Below, piece by piece: positions 52,666 through 64,000 of a stretch of 64,000 nucleotides of DNA (the stretch's first letter is position 1; every line of letters begins with the position of its first letter). This DNA is from Marsupella aquatica. Its lineage: Eukaryota > Plantae > Marchantiophyta. The notes beneath the pieces were generated by a model that saw only the letters and a program-made list of their open reading frames with translations, ran no database searches and had not been told where the DNA came from. The stretch spans positions 9,447,832 to 9,511,831 of the forward strand of contig OZ316897.1 of NCBI GenBank assembly GCA_973895155.1. The letters run 5' to 3'. The position numbers and the translations under genes are program-made.

Positions 52666-55600
52666 CTCCCCTGCCGATGAATCTGTCCGCACTCGATATC
52701 TAAAACATCAGCTCACCGGCCTCTCCAAAGGGCGACGAAGAGATTGGGAAGAAGCTCGATGAGAGCTCAAATTGATGTCGTTCTCAAATTCCGAATAGGG
52801 AGATTTAGGATTTCCTACGTTCTGTTGATTCGAGGATCCTCCAACGTCAGCTCACTTGCCTCTCCATCATTCTGAACGCGAGCGCGATCTCTTTGAGTGG
52901 CATCATCACAAAGGGTGAAAAGGGAAGGAGAACCTCGACGAGATCTCAATTCACAATGTCTTTCTCGAATTCGGAATTCAGGGATCCGGATTACAAGGTC
53001 AGAAATGTCAGTTCTCCATAGCTGTAAGCTGAGATGGATGTCCAGCTCAAACCTTCTACTCCAATAGGATTCCTGAGTTGCCAACAGTTGAAGATGCTCT
53101 ATATTAAAGTTCATCCTTTGATAGACCAGAATGTTTGACCTCATGGTCCCAACATTCTTCCTTTTTTTGGACTAAACATTCTTTTGAGATTCAAAAAGAT
53201 GAACATGTATTCCAGAGCATAATGAGGGTTCTAGGGAGAAAAAGGAATTTCCAGTAGGGCTCAAGAGAGACTCTGATGGACTAATTTCTCTAGGGGAAAA
53301 CAATAATTTCCGGTAGATAACTGGGTTTAAGAGAGACTCGGACTAATTTTTCTTCAGACAAGAGATGAACATTTTCCTTGTAACATAATGAGGGCTCTAG
53401 GGCAAACAAGAATTTCCAGTACATGTTTGCAGTTCAAGAGACTAAAAACAACTGTGGGTCCTTTACTCGGTCTTTTTGCCTCTGGCATCCTGTCTCCCAG
53501 TTTCCAGTTTGTGTCTTTTTGGCAGTGTGAGCCCGAGAGTGTGAGATAAAAGCTTAATGCTCTTAGTTATTTTTCACTTTGTATATTTCAGGGCATTTAA
53601 TTCTGGGAACATAAAGCTGCTCAGGGTGGCTTAAGGGGACAAGAAGGGGCCAGAAGTGGAATGAGCCTGGTGGGACTTTGCTTGAAACCAGTAGCCCCAG
53701 TATCCGTGTGTATGCATGGGAGGGCTTCCTAGCCCAGTGTCTGCATGCACCCGTCCTTAAAAAATTGGCCCTAAACTTTCCTTGCTTTATGCCCGCAAAC
53801 CAGTGGACCAACTTTGGATAACATGCACAAGTGTTTCTGACTTTTTGGGCTCTTCTGAAAATTCCAGGCCTGAAAGTTTTTAAAATTTTCGAAGGATACC
53901 TTCCTTAAAGCAAGCTGAGTTAAGTACTGTAGCTTGCACACAGGAAAACCCCTGGTTCATATTTTTGTATTTTTTATATACTTCCTACAACTACTACAAA
54001 TGCCTATGACTAGTAACACATTTGACTCACCCAAAATGGGTTGACACTAACACATTTGACTCACCCAAATGGGTTGACACCGAACCTATAAGGACTAAAG
54101 GTTTTGCCGGGAGATGTTGGCCTCTCCAAATGCTCATCAGGATCAGCATAAAGTCATAACTCTCTCTTGCCGCAAAAAATTGCCACCAAAGCATTTAAGT
54201 ACCACTTTTTTAAGGCCATCTCCCATGGAAGATGGCTCTAGGGTCGAAAGGGACATTAAACCACAGCTACACATATAAGAGCTACAGGTAACCTACAATT
54301 CCCACTTCACTATGAGTGGAGGGATGGGCACATGTTTGAGGTGAGGTCCACCTTTTAATGCGAGCTCCACTTTTTTTTGGGGCCAGCTCCACTATTCATT
54401 GCTAAGCAAGAATGAACACTAGCAGGGCAGGGAAATGAGCCTTTTATATGGGCAAGTGTGGTTTAAACAACTATAATATACAATCCCCGCCTGGCACTTT
54501 TCCATAGTCTGTTGACAAAGCCATTGTAGGCTGGAATCAACTTTGGCCATAGGATTTCAAAAATGAATTTTTAGGTTGCCAGATCATGGAAATGGGATTG
54601 CAAATCCCTTGTCCATAGTCTGTTGACAAAGCCATTATAGGCGGGAATCAACTTTGGCCATAGGATTTCAAAGATGAATTTTCAGGCTGCCAGATCATGG
54701 AAATGGGGTTGGCAAATCCGAGGTAGCACTGGTGAGAGCACGGATATCGCTCCATGGACAGGTCAGAAAGACGATTGGTAAGCAGTGACTTTTTTTTTTC
54801 CCTGATTTTCATTGTACTTTGTTTCCCCTGATTTATTCTGATGCGCCTTTTGTAGTGTACATGCGTAAATACAAGCGGAATGGTAAGCACGGTGCATATT
54901 GAAATGTGAGAGGGTCAAGGAGGAGGCAGATGCATCCAGGCCTGCAGAGCTACGGAAGATGGTACTGGAGGGTACAATCTGAGAAGAAAGGGAAAAAAGG
55001 AGGGGAAAGGAGAAAGGGGCAAGAAAAGAAGGCGATCCAATTTGTGTCTGCCCAACACCTCGACCTCATGATAATTGTTTTTTTGTAACAGCACCTGACA
55101 GAAAGGACACTCAACTTCTCTTCAAGTGCACAAGGAGGGGGCAGAGAGAAAGAGGATAGAGAGTTTGCCATGATGAGACTATTTTCGTAACGATAGACCA
55201 TACACTTTCTATGACACAACATCTTCGCCACAAATACACAATTGCACCGATAACCTTTGTTGAACACTTCCACAACACCATGACCCTTATGATGACACAG
55301 CCACGACTACTCTGCCCTGCACGGGCATTGGGCTAATAGATACATAATTTGTTCTGTCCTTAAATTGAACTTAAAGGACACAAGCGAGGATGGTGATGGT
55401 GCTCCCTCAATCCGAACGCATTCTTGCAGTGAGAGATTCGTCAAATTAAAAGATTCATGCCATTTATAGTGATTGTTTGGTACCAAAAGCATGATGCAGA
55501 ACTTGTTTGTACTCTGAAATAAGTGTGACATGGACGATTGGACATGAACGATGCTTGATTAATGTGAGTCGTCCACTACAGGACGAGTTTGGGACATCGG

Positions 55601-57156
55601 GAAGAAAACGGAATCAATTTGACTCAAATTTGTCTGTTTTTGTTGGGGTTGTCTGCATCCATCTGCACTGATGGCAGTTTTTCTCCTGTCAGTATTGTGT
55701 CCCTTCCTTGCAACCCTTCAAATCACTTCAGTAGTAGACAGATGATTGATGATGCCTGCCTTGGGCAAAGGCAAGACTGAATGCTAGACCGTGACTGCTT
55801 TACAGTTCTTAGTCGTTGAGTCAGGAACTCACTACTGTGGTTGGACGATGAAATCCATTGACTAGCAAAGCTTTTGTGACCAAGTCAGTCTAGGTCTACT
55901 TCGACACTGATGAAGGTCTCTGGTTACACTCTCGTCGAATGTCTTGACACTTAGAACTCAGCCAAACAAGCTAAGGTAGATTTGCTCTGCAGTAGTCAAA
56001 CACAGTCTCTTCCGTACGAACAAGACAATTGATCCGACAGACTTTGAATCGAGATAGACATCGTTGAAATCTAAAACTTTAAACTCGAAATGAAAAAAAA
56101 GAGCGAAAGCTACACCACAAATATAAACGACGTCCTAAGAACAAAGAACTCTGCTCAAGGCAAAGAGGTCTTAATTACTACAATCCGCGAAGCCACTCGA
56201 AGTTGATGGGAGGCCTTCACCAAACAGTGAGTAAAATTTGATACGACAAGCACGTCAATTTGTCTTCGACAGCACCATTTTAATGGAGGTTTCTGGCTCT
56301 GTATCGTTGACTACCTACAAGACTGTCGTCAGAGGCGACAATGGGATGTGACAAGTAAGTCAATCTGCCTGCGGGAACATGAGAGAAGTGACAAAACACA
56401 AAAGAACATAGCGAGCCAGGAAAGTTATTTATTTAAATGGTTTTGAGACCAACCCTACTGACTGACTTGAAAGTTAGAATCTCTCACTAATGTACTTAGA
56501 AAATGCTGAGGGAAACTAAAAGGGTTCCGTCTTGTGTTCGAGTTCGACGTCTCGTATCGGAAATTTGCCTCCCATCAAATGCTCGTCCCAAGATCCCAGA
56601 GTGTCGGTAAAATCAAAAATCACATGTAAAACAGAGGAGAAAACGCAAAATGACTCGTGAACCACAACCAATTCTTCCATAGTGACTCGTGTTCCACTTC
56701 TGCATCTCAAAGCAGAAATTAGACTACAAGTGATTGCTCGTGACAGGATGGGAAAGTGCTAGTGCGATCGAAAACGAAATTACTATCGCTCAGAGCTCGT
56801 GATCAGGACAGAATCCTGCAGTGCCCAAGATGTGGGCGGCTGTGACCTCCACATTCTTCCACTTATCCGTCTTGGATACCTCAGCCACACTGGATGCGCT
56901 CTAGCTAGTCCCTGGCTGTGTACAAACAAACGGGTGGGTCTTTCACAGGCGAGACAAGCACACCAGTTTGCTTGCCCTGGGCTAAACAATAAAATCGAAC
57001 TACAAACGACAGGCAAGATTCTCTTCAGAAAGAGTTCATGATTTGCTCCGGTTCACGTTCACTCAACTCTATATAATCAGTTTCCCAAAAGTTCCCAAGC
57101 CGAGTGACTCCAACAAGCTGTTCGCATAAAAACACGATTAGACCCCCGGAGTAAGC

Positions 57157-58326
57157 TCAAAGTTGAAGAAGAGATATTGAAGCAAGATTGAAGACGCTAA
57201 AATGGTCCCCGCTGCAAAAATCAACTGGTACTTTCTCAATCTGAATCTCCATTTGGTCGCTACTGAAGCCCTTGGTCTGAAGAAGATAAATACGGTTGTG
57301 TCGGCGGAGGGTTAGGACTAATAGCTCGTCTTCCACAGCTTTCACAGCAATTATCTTATCATCACTCGAGAGCCAAACAGCGTACGAAAATCTATGCAGC
57401 TCCGTCCATGAATTGCCAACATCTAGGATAAAGATTTCAGTAGTGCTCATCGTATGCAAACGTCCTTGTGCCGCAAAAGGGACTTCTTCGTCCGAATTAA
57501 AATAATCAAAATATTTTTTCACTTCTCCCCACTCATCCGTGACTGGATGATAAACGGACCATTCAAGGAATTCCTCTGGCCAAAGAACTGGCCCAGCGAC
57601 TCGCTTCGGGATAGCGAAGCCGTAAAGAAAAAGCTCTTGTCCCACCGCTTCAACCGTTGTAAGTTCATGAAAAGCGCCTTTGTACATCACGGTCTTGATG
57701 GGAGACCAAGTATTTTCTTTAGGATCATACACCTCTCCTCCGCAACCACCGTCTAGGCTGTCTGTGAATACCCCAAACACAAAAATCTTCCCATTACTCA
57801 CACCACATTTCATGCTAGATCTCTCCACCATCATACTGGCACACTGTTTCCACTGCCCCTGCCCCGCAAGATCTAACACATATACGTGACGACGATTGTG
57901 AATAGGGTGATTATCGGAACAACCATTTTCGCATCCGATGAGATAAACCTTCCCATCCAATGAAACACATTGGGTGTACAATGGGATCCCTCCCGTACGA
58001 AGAGACAGGATTGGAGGAAGTACATAACAAGACTTGTCCCTAGTGGAATAGATAAGGATTTCACAGGAATCACCATGACCGCCACAAGAAATTAGAGCGA
58101 GAGTCTCTCTTGTTTCCGCGCGGACCCTTGCTTCATACACCTGACGACTTCGAATTGCGTGACGCCAGCCACGACTAACTGATGAGAGGACATGAAAACC
58201 TTTCCAGGACATCTTTGAAGCGATTTCGTCCAAGGTAATGTGATTGGGAATCCCTGGAAGAAGATCCTCGAGTCGCAGACATCTCTCGTCGCCTTGCAGC
58301 GTGTCTAGAGGTGAAACTGCGGGCAA
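57157..58326 (-). CDS. F-box/kelch-repeat protein (start codon uncertain)
   Basis: F-box-like LLPGIPNHITLDEI...VSRGWRHAI; kelch repeats CVSLDGKVYLIG, WKQCASM...GKIFVFG, EVYDPKENTW. No in-frame ATG before the F-box. Confidence 0.85.
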   Translation of the reverse strand: MPAVSPLDTLQGDERCLRLEDLLPGIPNHITLDEIASKMSWKGFHVLSSVSRGWRHAIRSRQVYEARVRAETRETLALISCGGHGDSCEILIYSTRDKSCYVLPPILSLRTGGIPLYTQCVSLDGKVYLIGCENGCSDNHPIHNRRHVYVLDLAGQGQWKQCASMMVERSSMKCGVSNGKIFVFGVFTDSLDGGCGGEVYDPKENTWSPIKTVMYKGAFHELTTVEAVGQELFLYGFAIPKRVAGPVLWPEEFLEWSVYHPVTDEWGEVKKYFDYFNSDEEVPFAAQGRLHTMSTTEIFILDVGNSWTELHRFSYAVWLSSDDKIIAVKAVEDELLVLTLRRHNRIYLLQTKGFSSDQMEIQIEKVPVDFCSGDHFSVFNLASISLLQL

Positions 58327-61271
58327 ACTTACTGTGGTCAGTTCCTGATTAAAAGCGTCCTGTCATAACTCTAACGCTATCCTCGATCCATTTCATGCAC
58401 AATTCAAGCTCGATAAACGAGAACGGGAAGGGAAAGCAGAGTTCGTGAGCTGTGCTAGGGAGAAAATGCTACGCTAGAAGCAAGAAGTACCTCCACACAT
58501 TTTGTCAAGAAATATCCAGGATTGTACCTTTCTTAGTCACGCCTTGATTTTGCATTTTTGCAGCTTCACCCTGACAAAAGAAATTGTCGTCGATTAATTA
58601 CTGGAGGTCGTAGGAAATGTTGATGGATTCCTCGATTGCTTCGAAGCCTTTCTACCTCAACTCCGCTCCCCTCACTACCTGTCCAGGCCTAACGATTCGA
58701 TCGCGATGGAGCTCTGCTGAGAAGCTTGGCTGTGGCTCACGTCGTGAATTGCACAATCCCGAGCGCGAGGCTCTAGACATCTCAACACAACCCGGCTCTT
58801 TCTTTCTTTCTTTCTTTCTTTCTTTCGTTCTCATGTGGGTGTTTACGAAATTCAGTTTGGAACACTCCCTGGCCTGTGTAGAGTATAGTGAAGCATGTCT
58901 AAGTGCAGCGTGGATAAGTGCAGTGTGAACCAGGCCTGTGACAAAGGGGGTTTGAGTCACATTAGGCTTAACTTAAAAGACAAACAAAGTGAATAAAAAA
59001 ACAAAAAATAAAGTAAACACAAAAGACAAAGCATTAAATGTTCTCCTCCTCTCTTTCTCTTTTACTCTGCCATATGATCTGGTCTGAATACAAATATTGT
59101 ACACAATACATTGTATTTTGTTTTGGTCTCTTCAGAACAAGAGAAATTGTATAGAAGTCCAGTATTGCAGTCCATGTATTGCAGTCCATTGTATTGTATG
59201 TATTGCACAACAAAAGTATCTTGGGGTATTTTTTTGGTCCCCCATCACATAGCTGAACATAGTTAGGGTAATAAGTGCAGTGTGACTATCTAGTCCCCTC
59301 ATGTTACAGCCACCTTCTTTGCAAATGCACCAACACAATGCAGTTTACATAAGTGCAGGTAGACACTCACTAAAAGACAAAAAATTGGCAAATTACAAAT
59401 ACATGAAAGCATTTCTGTCTATAAGTGTATACATGCATTTTGTCAGTTACTGCAATGTATAATAAGAAGCATTTATTGATAAGTGTGACCATGTAGTTTC
59501 ATGCACTTATCCATTTGAGTTGTGCAATATGAGGGCTTGGGGTATGAGGAGTCTGATGTGTGTGACCTGACAACACAACAGGGAAATGCATAAGCAATCT
59601 CCATGCACTCTTTATTTAGGAGAAGTGCATCAATGATATCTCTTGCACTCATAGCATATTCCATAGATAAGTGTTCTTTGCACTCATAGCATGTGCATTC
59701 CATAGACTAGCTCTGACTACCCATTCTTTGACCATCAATAGAGATGAGTAGCAAAAAGTGCTTGAGATAAAATAGATTTGACAAACTAAGGGAAACCCCA
59801 CTTGAGAAATTTTTCCATCAAGAGGCAAAAAGTGATGGCAAAATGGTTCAAGTGAGGGAAAACCCTAAAGTGTCATCCAGGGAGCATCAATAGAGATGAG
59901 TACCAAAAAGTGCTTGAGACAAAATAGATTTGACAAACTAAGGGAAACCCCACTAGAGAGGCTTTTTTAACACAACAGCGTTGCTACTGGAGTGAATGGA
60001 AAACTAGAGTTTTAGGGTACAAAAGTGGTCCCATTTGCGGCCCCAAAGTTCTCTATAGACTTGGTGAGACCCTACTAACACTGTCATCACCAGTAGTTCT
60101 TGAGTGGTACTTTGGAATGTTACCATCATGGTTGCGGTTCCTGTTGGCCTACCACGTTAGACAATGGTTAGTTTTTTACACAGATTTAGAGTTAAGAAAC
60201 TGCATTACGATACAGAAAGCGTTGAGGTTCCCATCCAGGTTCAAAGGTTTGGATGGAATTTCCATCCAAGCAAGTGGCTTTGCAAAAAGGAACAATAGGG
60301 AACCACTTTCCTCGGTTTTGTCTAAACTAAAGCCCGCATGGACTTAAATGTTTAAATGACAGAAATGTCTGGATTGATGCCAGCGCAACCCAGATGACTC
60401 CAGAAAATACATGGACTGGAGCATGGATTTCTTTCAAACCAAAAAATGCTACCTAACTATACATTGTAGTTGTTAAAGTGTCACTGTCCATGACAAAACC
60501 TGGTTCCACCAAGTTTCATCATTTTTAGTATCATTTTCCTAAAATTGTGGAGAAAAATCTCACTCTAGAAAAGAAAAATGTGAAAAAATGAGGAATCTTG
60601 GACACTTCTCCTTTTATATGGACAGTGGCGGTTGAAGAGAAGCTAAAATAAGGCTATCGGTTAGAGTAAAGCCTCTACACATTGACACTAGCCAGGAAGA
60701 GAGGCACTAACCCGGACCCTGGTGTGAAATGAACTCTAGGCAGGCAAGAGAGAAAGAACCTGGCCCCGGGTGTGAAATGGGAGTTCTCACCAATTATTTA
60801 AGTGAAAAAATAAATAAATAAAATTATTTAAGTGCAAAGGAAATGCACTAGGCTATTCTGTAAATAATCCATACGTTTCTGAGCAACATTGACCTAGTCC
60901 TAGTCCATCCTGGTTGCAAGGCTCATCACAGGGGTCCAACCGAGCATTACTCTCTCAATTGTGAGATTGCAAAACGCGGATACATCATTGCTTTATAGGG
61001 TGGTGGCACCAGTGACAAGTCCTCAATGCATTTTCTTCGAGAAATGAAACTCAAGGCCTGTAAACCGTGACTCTAGCCAGTCAAGGGAGAAACTAACACT
61101 GACTCGAGTATATTATACTCGGGTGGGAAAGGAAAGGAAATTCTTTTGTTCTCACCAATTATTGACAACTAAAGGAAACGCATTAGGCTAGTCTGTAAAA
61201 GGAATATACTCTTCTGAGCAACATTGACGTGGTCAAGAGAGAGAGAGCGGAGTGACAGAAAGGGAGGAAAG

Positions 61272-62161
61272 ATGGCCTCGAGCACGAGCCTTTCGAGGAA
61301 TTTCACAGGTCTGATTCGAAGAGTAGAATTGCGATCGTAGGTTTCCCCCACGCTTCGTCTCCGCGCTGGCGCTGGACTTCCCCTCGGCGCCGGACCTGCT
61401 CCAAGTGCTCCGGTGAGTGAATCACAGAGCAACACAGCAGGTGTCGATGTGTTCCATCCAACTATGTGACTATCGATCATGCCGAGAAGTCCCGGATCCC
61501 ATCGCCTTATCCGCCTTTTTGTGTCTCTCCTTCAGATTTTGTTAGGGAGTTTGCCTATGTATGCCTTTTGTTTTCAAGCATTTGCTGAAGGTCTTCGTTG
61601 TCTATAAATTGTGCAAAGAGAGATTTTTGGTGATTTTGAGAAGACAGTACCTAGAGTTCACTGTTCTCATTTAAGTTCTACATGTTATCTTCTGTGGGTG
61701 CAGCTAGATGAAAACGAGGAGCTGATTTGGGACGACGGAAGCGCTACCCCTGAACCTTGTTTGGATGAAGTGGCTCCAATGGTGGGAAAGGTACATGTCC
61801 TGATACAATCACCGTCTTGTCTGACCTGTGATGCGCATTCTGAAATGTCCTGGCCTCTTGGAGAATCATTGACACTACTGCAACCCCAGAGATTTCGTCA
61901 TACCTCGTCAACTGGACAGATGAGCGCCGTGTGCTCATCTTTTCCAGCAGAAATGCTCATGAGAGCTGGTACCACCTTCTCAGCTCTGGAAAGGTTCTTC
62001 TAGGTTCAAATTGGATCGGTTGTCTTCCACTCTGGGCTCCTGAACACTTGCCACTTATCCGTGCTTGTAATTGGAATATAATCATTTCTCGGCAACAAGA
62101 CACTTATTTGGCTGTGAATGTTATCTTGCAGTATGAAAATAAAGTGGAAATCCATGAGCAG
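61272..62161 (+). pseudogene. NDUFB8: Truncated copy of complex I subunit NDUFB8 (ASHI)
   Basis: Exon 61272-61412 reads ...LRLRAGAGLPLG..P with an in-frame TAG at 61338-61340. Exon 61704-61790 reads LDENEELIWDDGSATPEPCLDEVAPMVGK. The third exon at 62132 starts with the expected YE and then loses homology; there is no TM helix or C-terminus in the window. Confidence 0.85.
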
Positions 62162-62356
62162 GTAAATGTGGGATTAGTCGGAGTGAGGGCTGGCAGGGAA
62201 TTATAGTGGGTTCTCTTCGCTGAAAGTGAAGCAGATCTCGAGCTCAATTGGTTGCTGGCACTTGAAATCAATTCTCAATTCTGTGAATTGGGAGGACCTT
62301 GGGTGGGAGACGGCGCTTGAACCAAACTGTTGCTCAATTCTGCAAAATAGGAGGTC

Positions 62357-63289
62357 ATGAGCTTCGGTCTTTGCGCACCAAGTCTATCAAGAGTCTGCGA
62401 AAAGATAGGTTTGAAGCTGGGGTGGGAGGCTGACGATTCTGGGGAAGCAATGACCTCGCAAGGCAAGCCCCGTCTTCTGGAGCAGCTCCCTGGCATTTGG
62501 CGACAGGTGTTCTATGACGACTTTTCTGATCCAGCAACCCTGACAAAGAACTACTTCCACCCTTTTGGAGATTCGGGCTGGCGAGAGAACCCGGCAAACA
62601 AGTGGAAGTGGGATGCCTTCTCCAACAAGGAGATTCATTGGGATTTCACTTGCTCATACCTGGTTAATGAGGGAAACGCGACGCATCTGAGAACTTGCGT
62701 GTACTCTGATTGGTTCCACCGGATTGACAGGCTAGCTACCAAGGAGAAATTTGGGTATGGATACTATGAGGCCACCGTTCGATTCAAAGGTGCAGAGGGA
62801 ATGCATGCGGCTTTTTGGCTGTTGCCTGATAGTATAGATGAATCTAGGATCTACCCTCCTGGATTAATCCCGGGAGGCATTGAAGTCGATATTGTTGAGC
62901 ATAGGCTCTTGGATGGATCAAGGAAGAATATTGATTACATTGGCAATACTGCTACCCATTGGGATGGTTATGGGGATAGACATCAGTCTGCTGCTTACTC
63001 AGAGATATGGTTGCCCAATGGGTCACGAAATTGGTGTACTTACGCTTTACTTCATGATGAGACGGGCACCAAGTGGTACTGGAATGGGAAGCTGGTAAAT
63101 CAGAGTATTGTCAATTCTCCAACCCCAGCCCACATCTACTTCTCAACAGAGGTGAATGAGAGTGGTGGCTGGGCTGGCAATGACATGGGTAGTTATGGGC
63201 CCAGGGACAACCCCGAAGGCCATATTGAGGTGAAGGAAATAAAATATTGGAGTAAGGTTGGCGCTTCTTCTGGGACGGCAACACTGTAG
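62357..63289 (+). CDS. Glycoside hydrolase family 16, microbial laminarinase-like type, intronless
   Basis: WRQVFYDDFS, FGYGYYEATVRF, HAAFWLLP, catalytic EVDIVE (ExDxxE), WCTYALL..KWYWNGKLV, GGWAG, EVKEIKYW. Confidence 0.92.
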   Translation: MSFGLCAPSLSRVCEKIGLKLGWEADDSGEAMTSQGKPRLLEQLPGIWRQVFYDDFSDPATLTKNYFHPFGDSGWRENPANKWKWDAFSNKEIHWDFTCSYLVNEGNATHLRTCVYSDWFHRIDRLATKEKFGYGYYEATVRFKGAEGMHAAFWLLPDSIDESRIYPPGLIPGGIEVDIVEHRLLDGSRKNIDYIGNTATHWDGYGDRHQSAAYSEIWLPNGSRNWCTYALLHDETGTKWYWNGKLVNQSIVNSPTPAHIYFSTEVNESGGWAGNDMGSYGPRDNPEGHIEVKEIKYWSKVGASSGTATL

Positions 63290-64000
63290 CCGAAACACAT
63301 TCTGCAGCCTATTTAGATGTTCTGCCGTTAAGAAATTGTATGAACTTCGCTGCCTTCTAGTGAACTAATTCTTTCTGCCGGAGGGATTGTCTCTCTGGAG
63401 GTGCGCATAGGTGCTGCAAGGATTTCCTGCTATGAGTCACTAAGGCCAGCATTTCTCAGGAGATTGTCTGGTTGGAGCAGTGCGTATGGGTTGAACGAGG
63501 AGTACGAACTGAGTTTTCAGTGATTGTCAATTCTGATGCTGATTTGTAAATAAGAAACCCACTTTAGAGGGAGCTCTTCACCTACTGATTTGTTAGGATG
63601 TCTGCAATAGCTATGCGCAAAATTATTTGATAAGGGCAAATGATATGCGAGAGCTTTTCACCTGACTTCAAAGTTAGCTTCTGGGCTCGTTGTAGAGAAA
63701 TAAAGACCTGCGGACTGTATGTTCTGAAAATTGTCTATCTTCATGCGAAGTATGTCTTCTGCGGGTTGTGGGGGAGAAGTTTGGGCTTCTTTCTACTATG
63801 TATCGATGGATCCATTTGAATAACATCGCAATAAGAGCCTTAACTGCAAGCGCATGTCAAACATTTTGTACATGGGAGGTATTTCATACTTCTCTTTCGC
63901 TCCTCAATATGCTCCAACGTCTTTGTTCATCGGCTTGGACTCTTCTCTTTCGATGCCATGATCTTCAGTTACCGAGAATGTAAACTTTAAATGTGCGGTT

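Noticed and set aside
52666-52692. N-terminal extension of VPS39 in the ORF track
   Set aside because: It starts at a non-ATG codon; the conserved MVHNA start is at 52665.

Overview
Eukaryotic nuclear DNA from a land plant. A bryophyte such as a liverwort is my inference from gene and TE style. It has GT-AG introns and no prokaryotic operons or CRISPR. The left ~38 kb is a nest of mostly decayed transposons: (i) a MuDR/MULE running off the left edge; (ii) a large multi-gene Mutator-like element (~2.7-14.1 kb); (iii) a Ty3/gypsy fragment with a 2.4-kb LTR; (iv) a foldback MITE; (v) a complete non-autonomous CACTA with an AAT target-site duplication; (vi) a full-length Ty1/copia. Element (ii) carries a SWIM-type DDE transposase, an acidic/Cys-rich accessory gene, tandem-repeat arrays and a disrupted gene colinear with Fpg/Nei DNA glycosylases. 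The right ~25 kb is gene space: RPS28, TIM23, an intronless VPS39, an F-box/kelch gene and a truncated NDUFB8 copy. The NDUFB8 exons can be spliced in frame onto a bacterial-type GH16 glycoside hydrolase ORF. The top candidate for an undescribed system is a Mutator-like transposon carrying its own Fpg/Nei-fold gene, with a short motif amplified throughout its non-coding DNA (architecture reminiscent of VANDAL/VANC anti-silencing). All homology calls come from manual translation and motif recognition; no searches were run.
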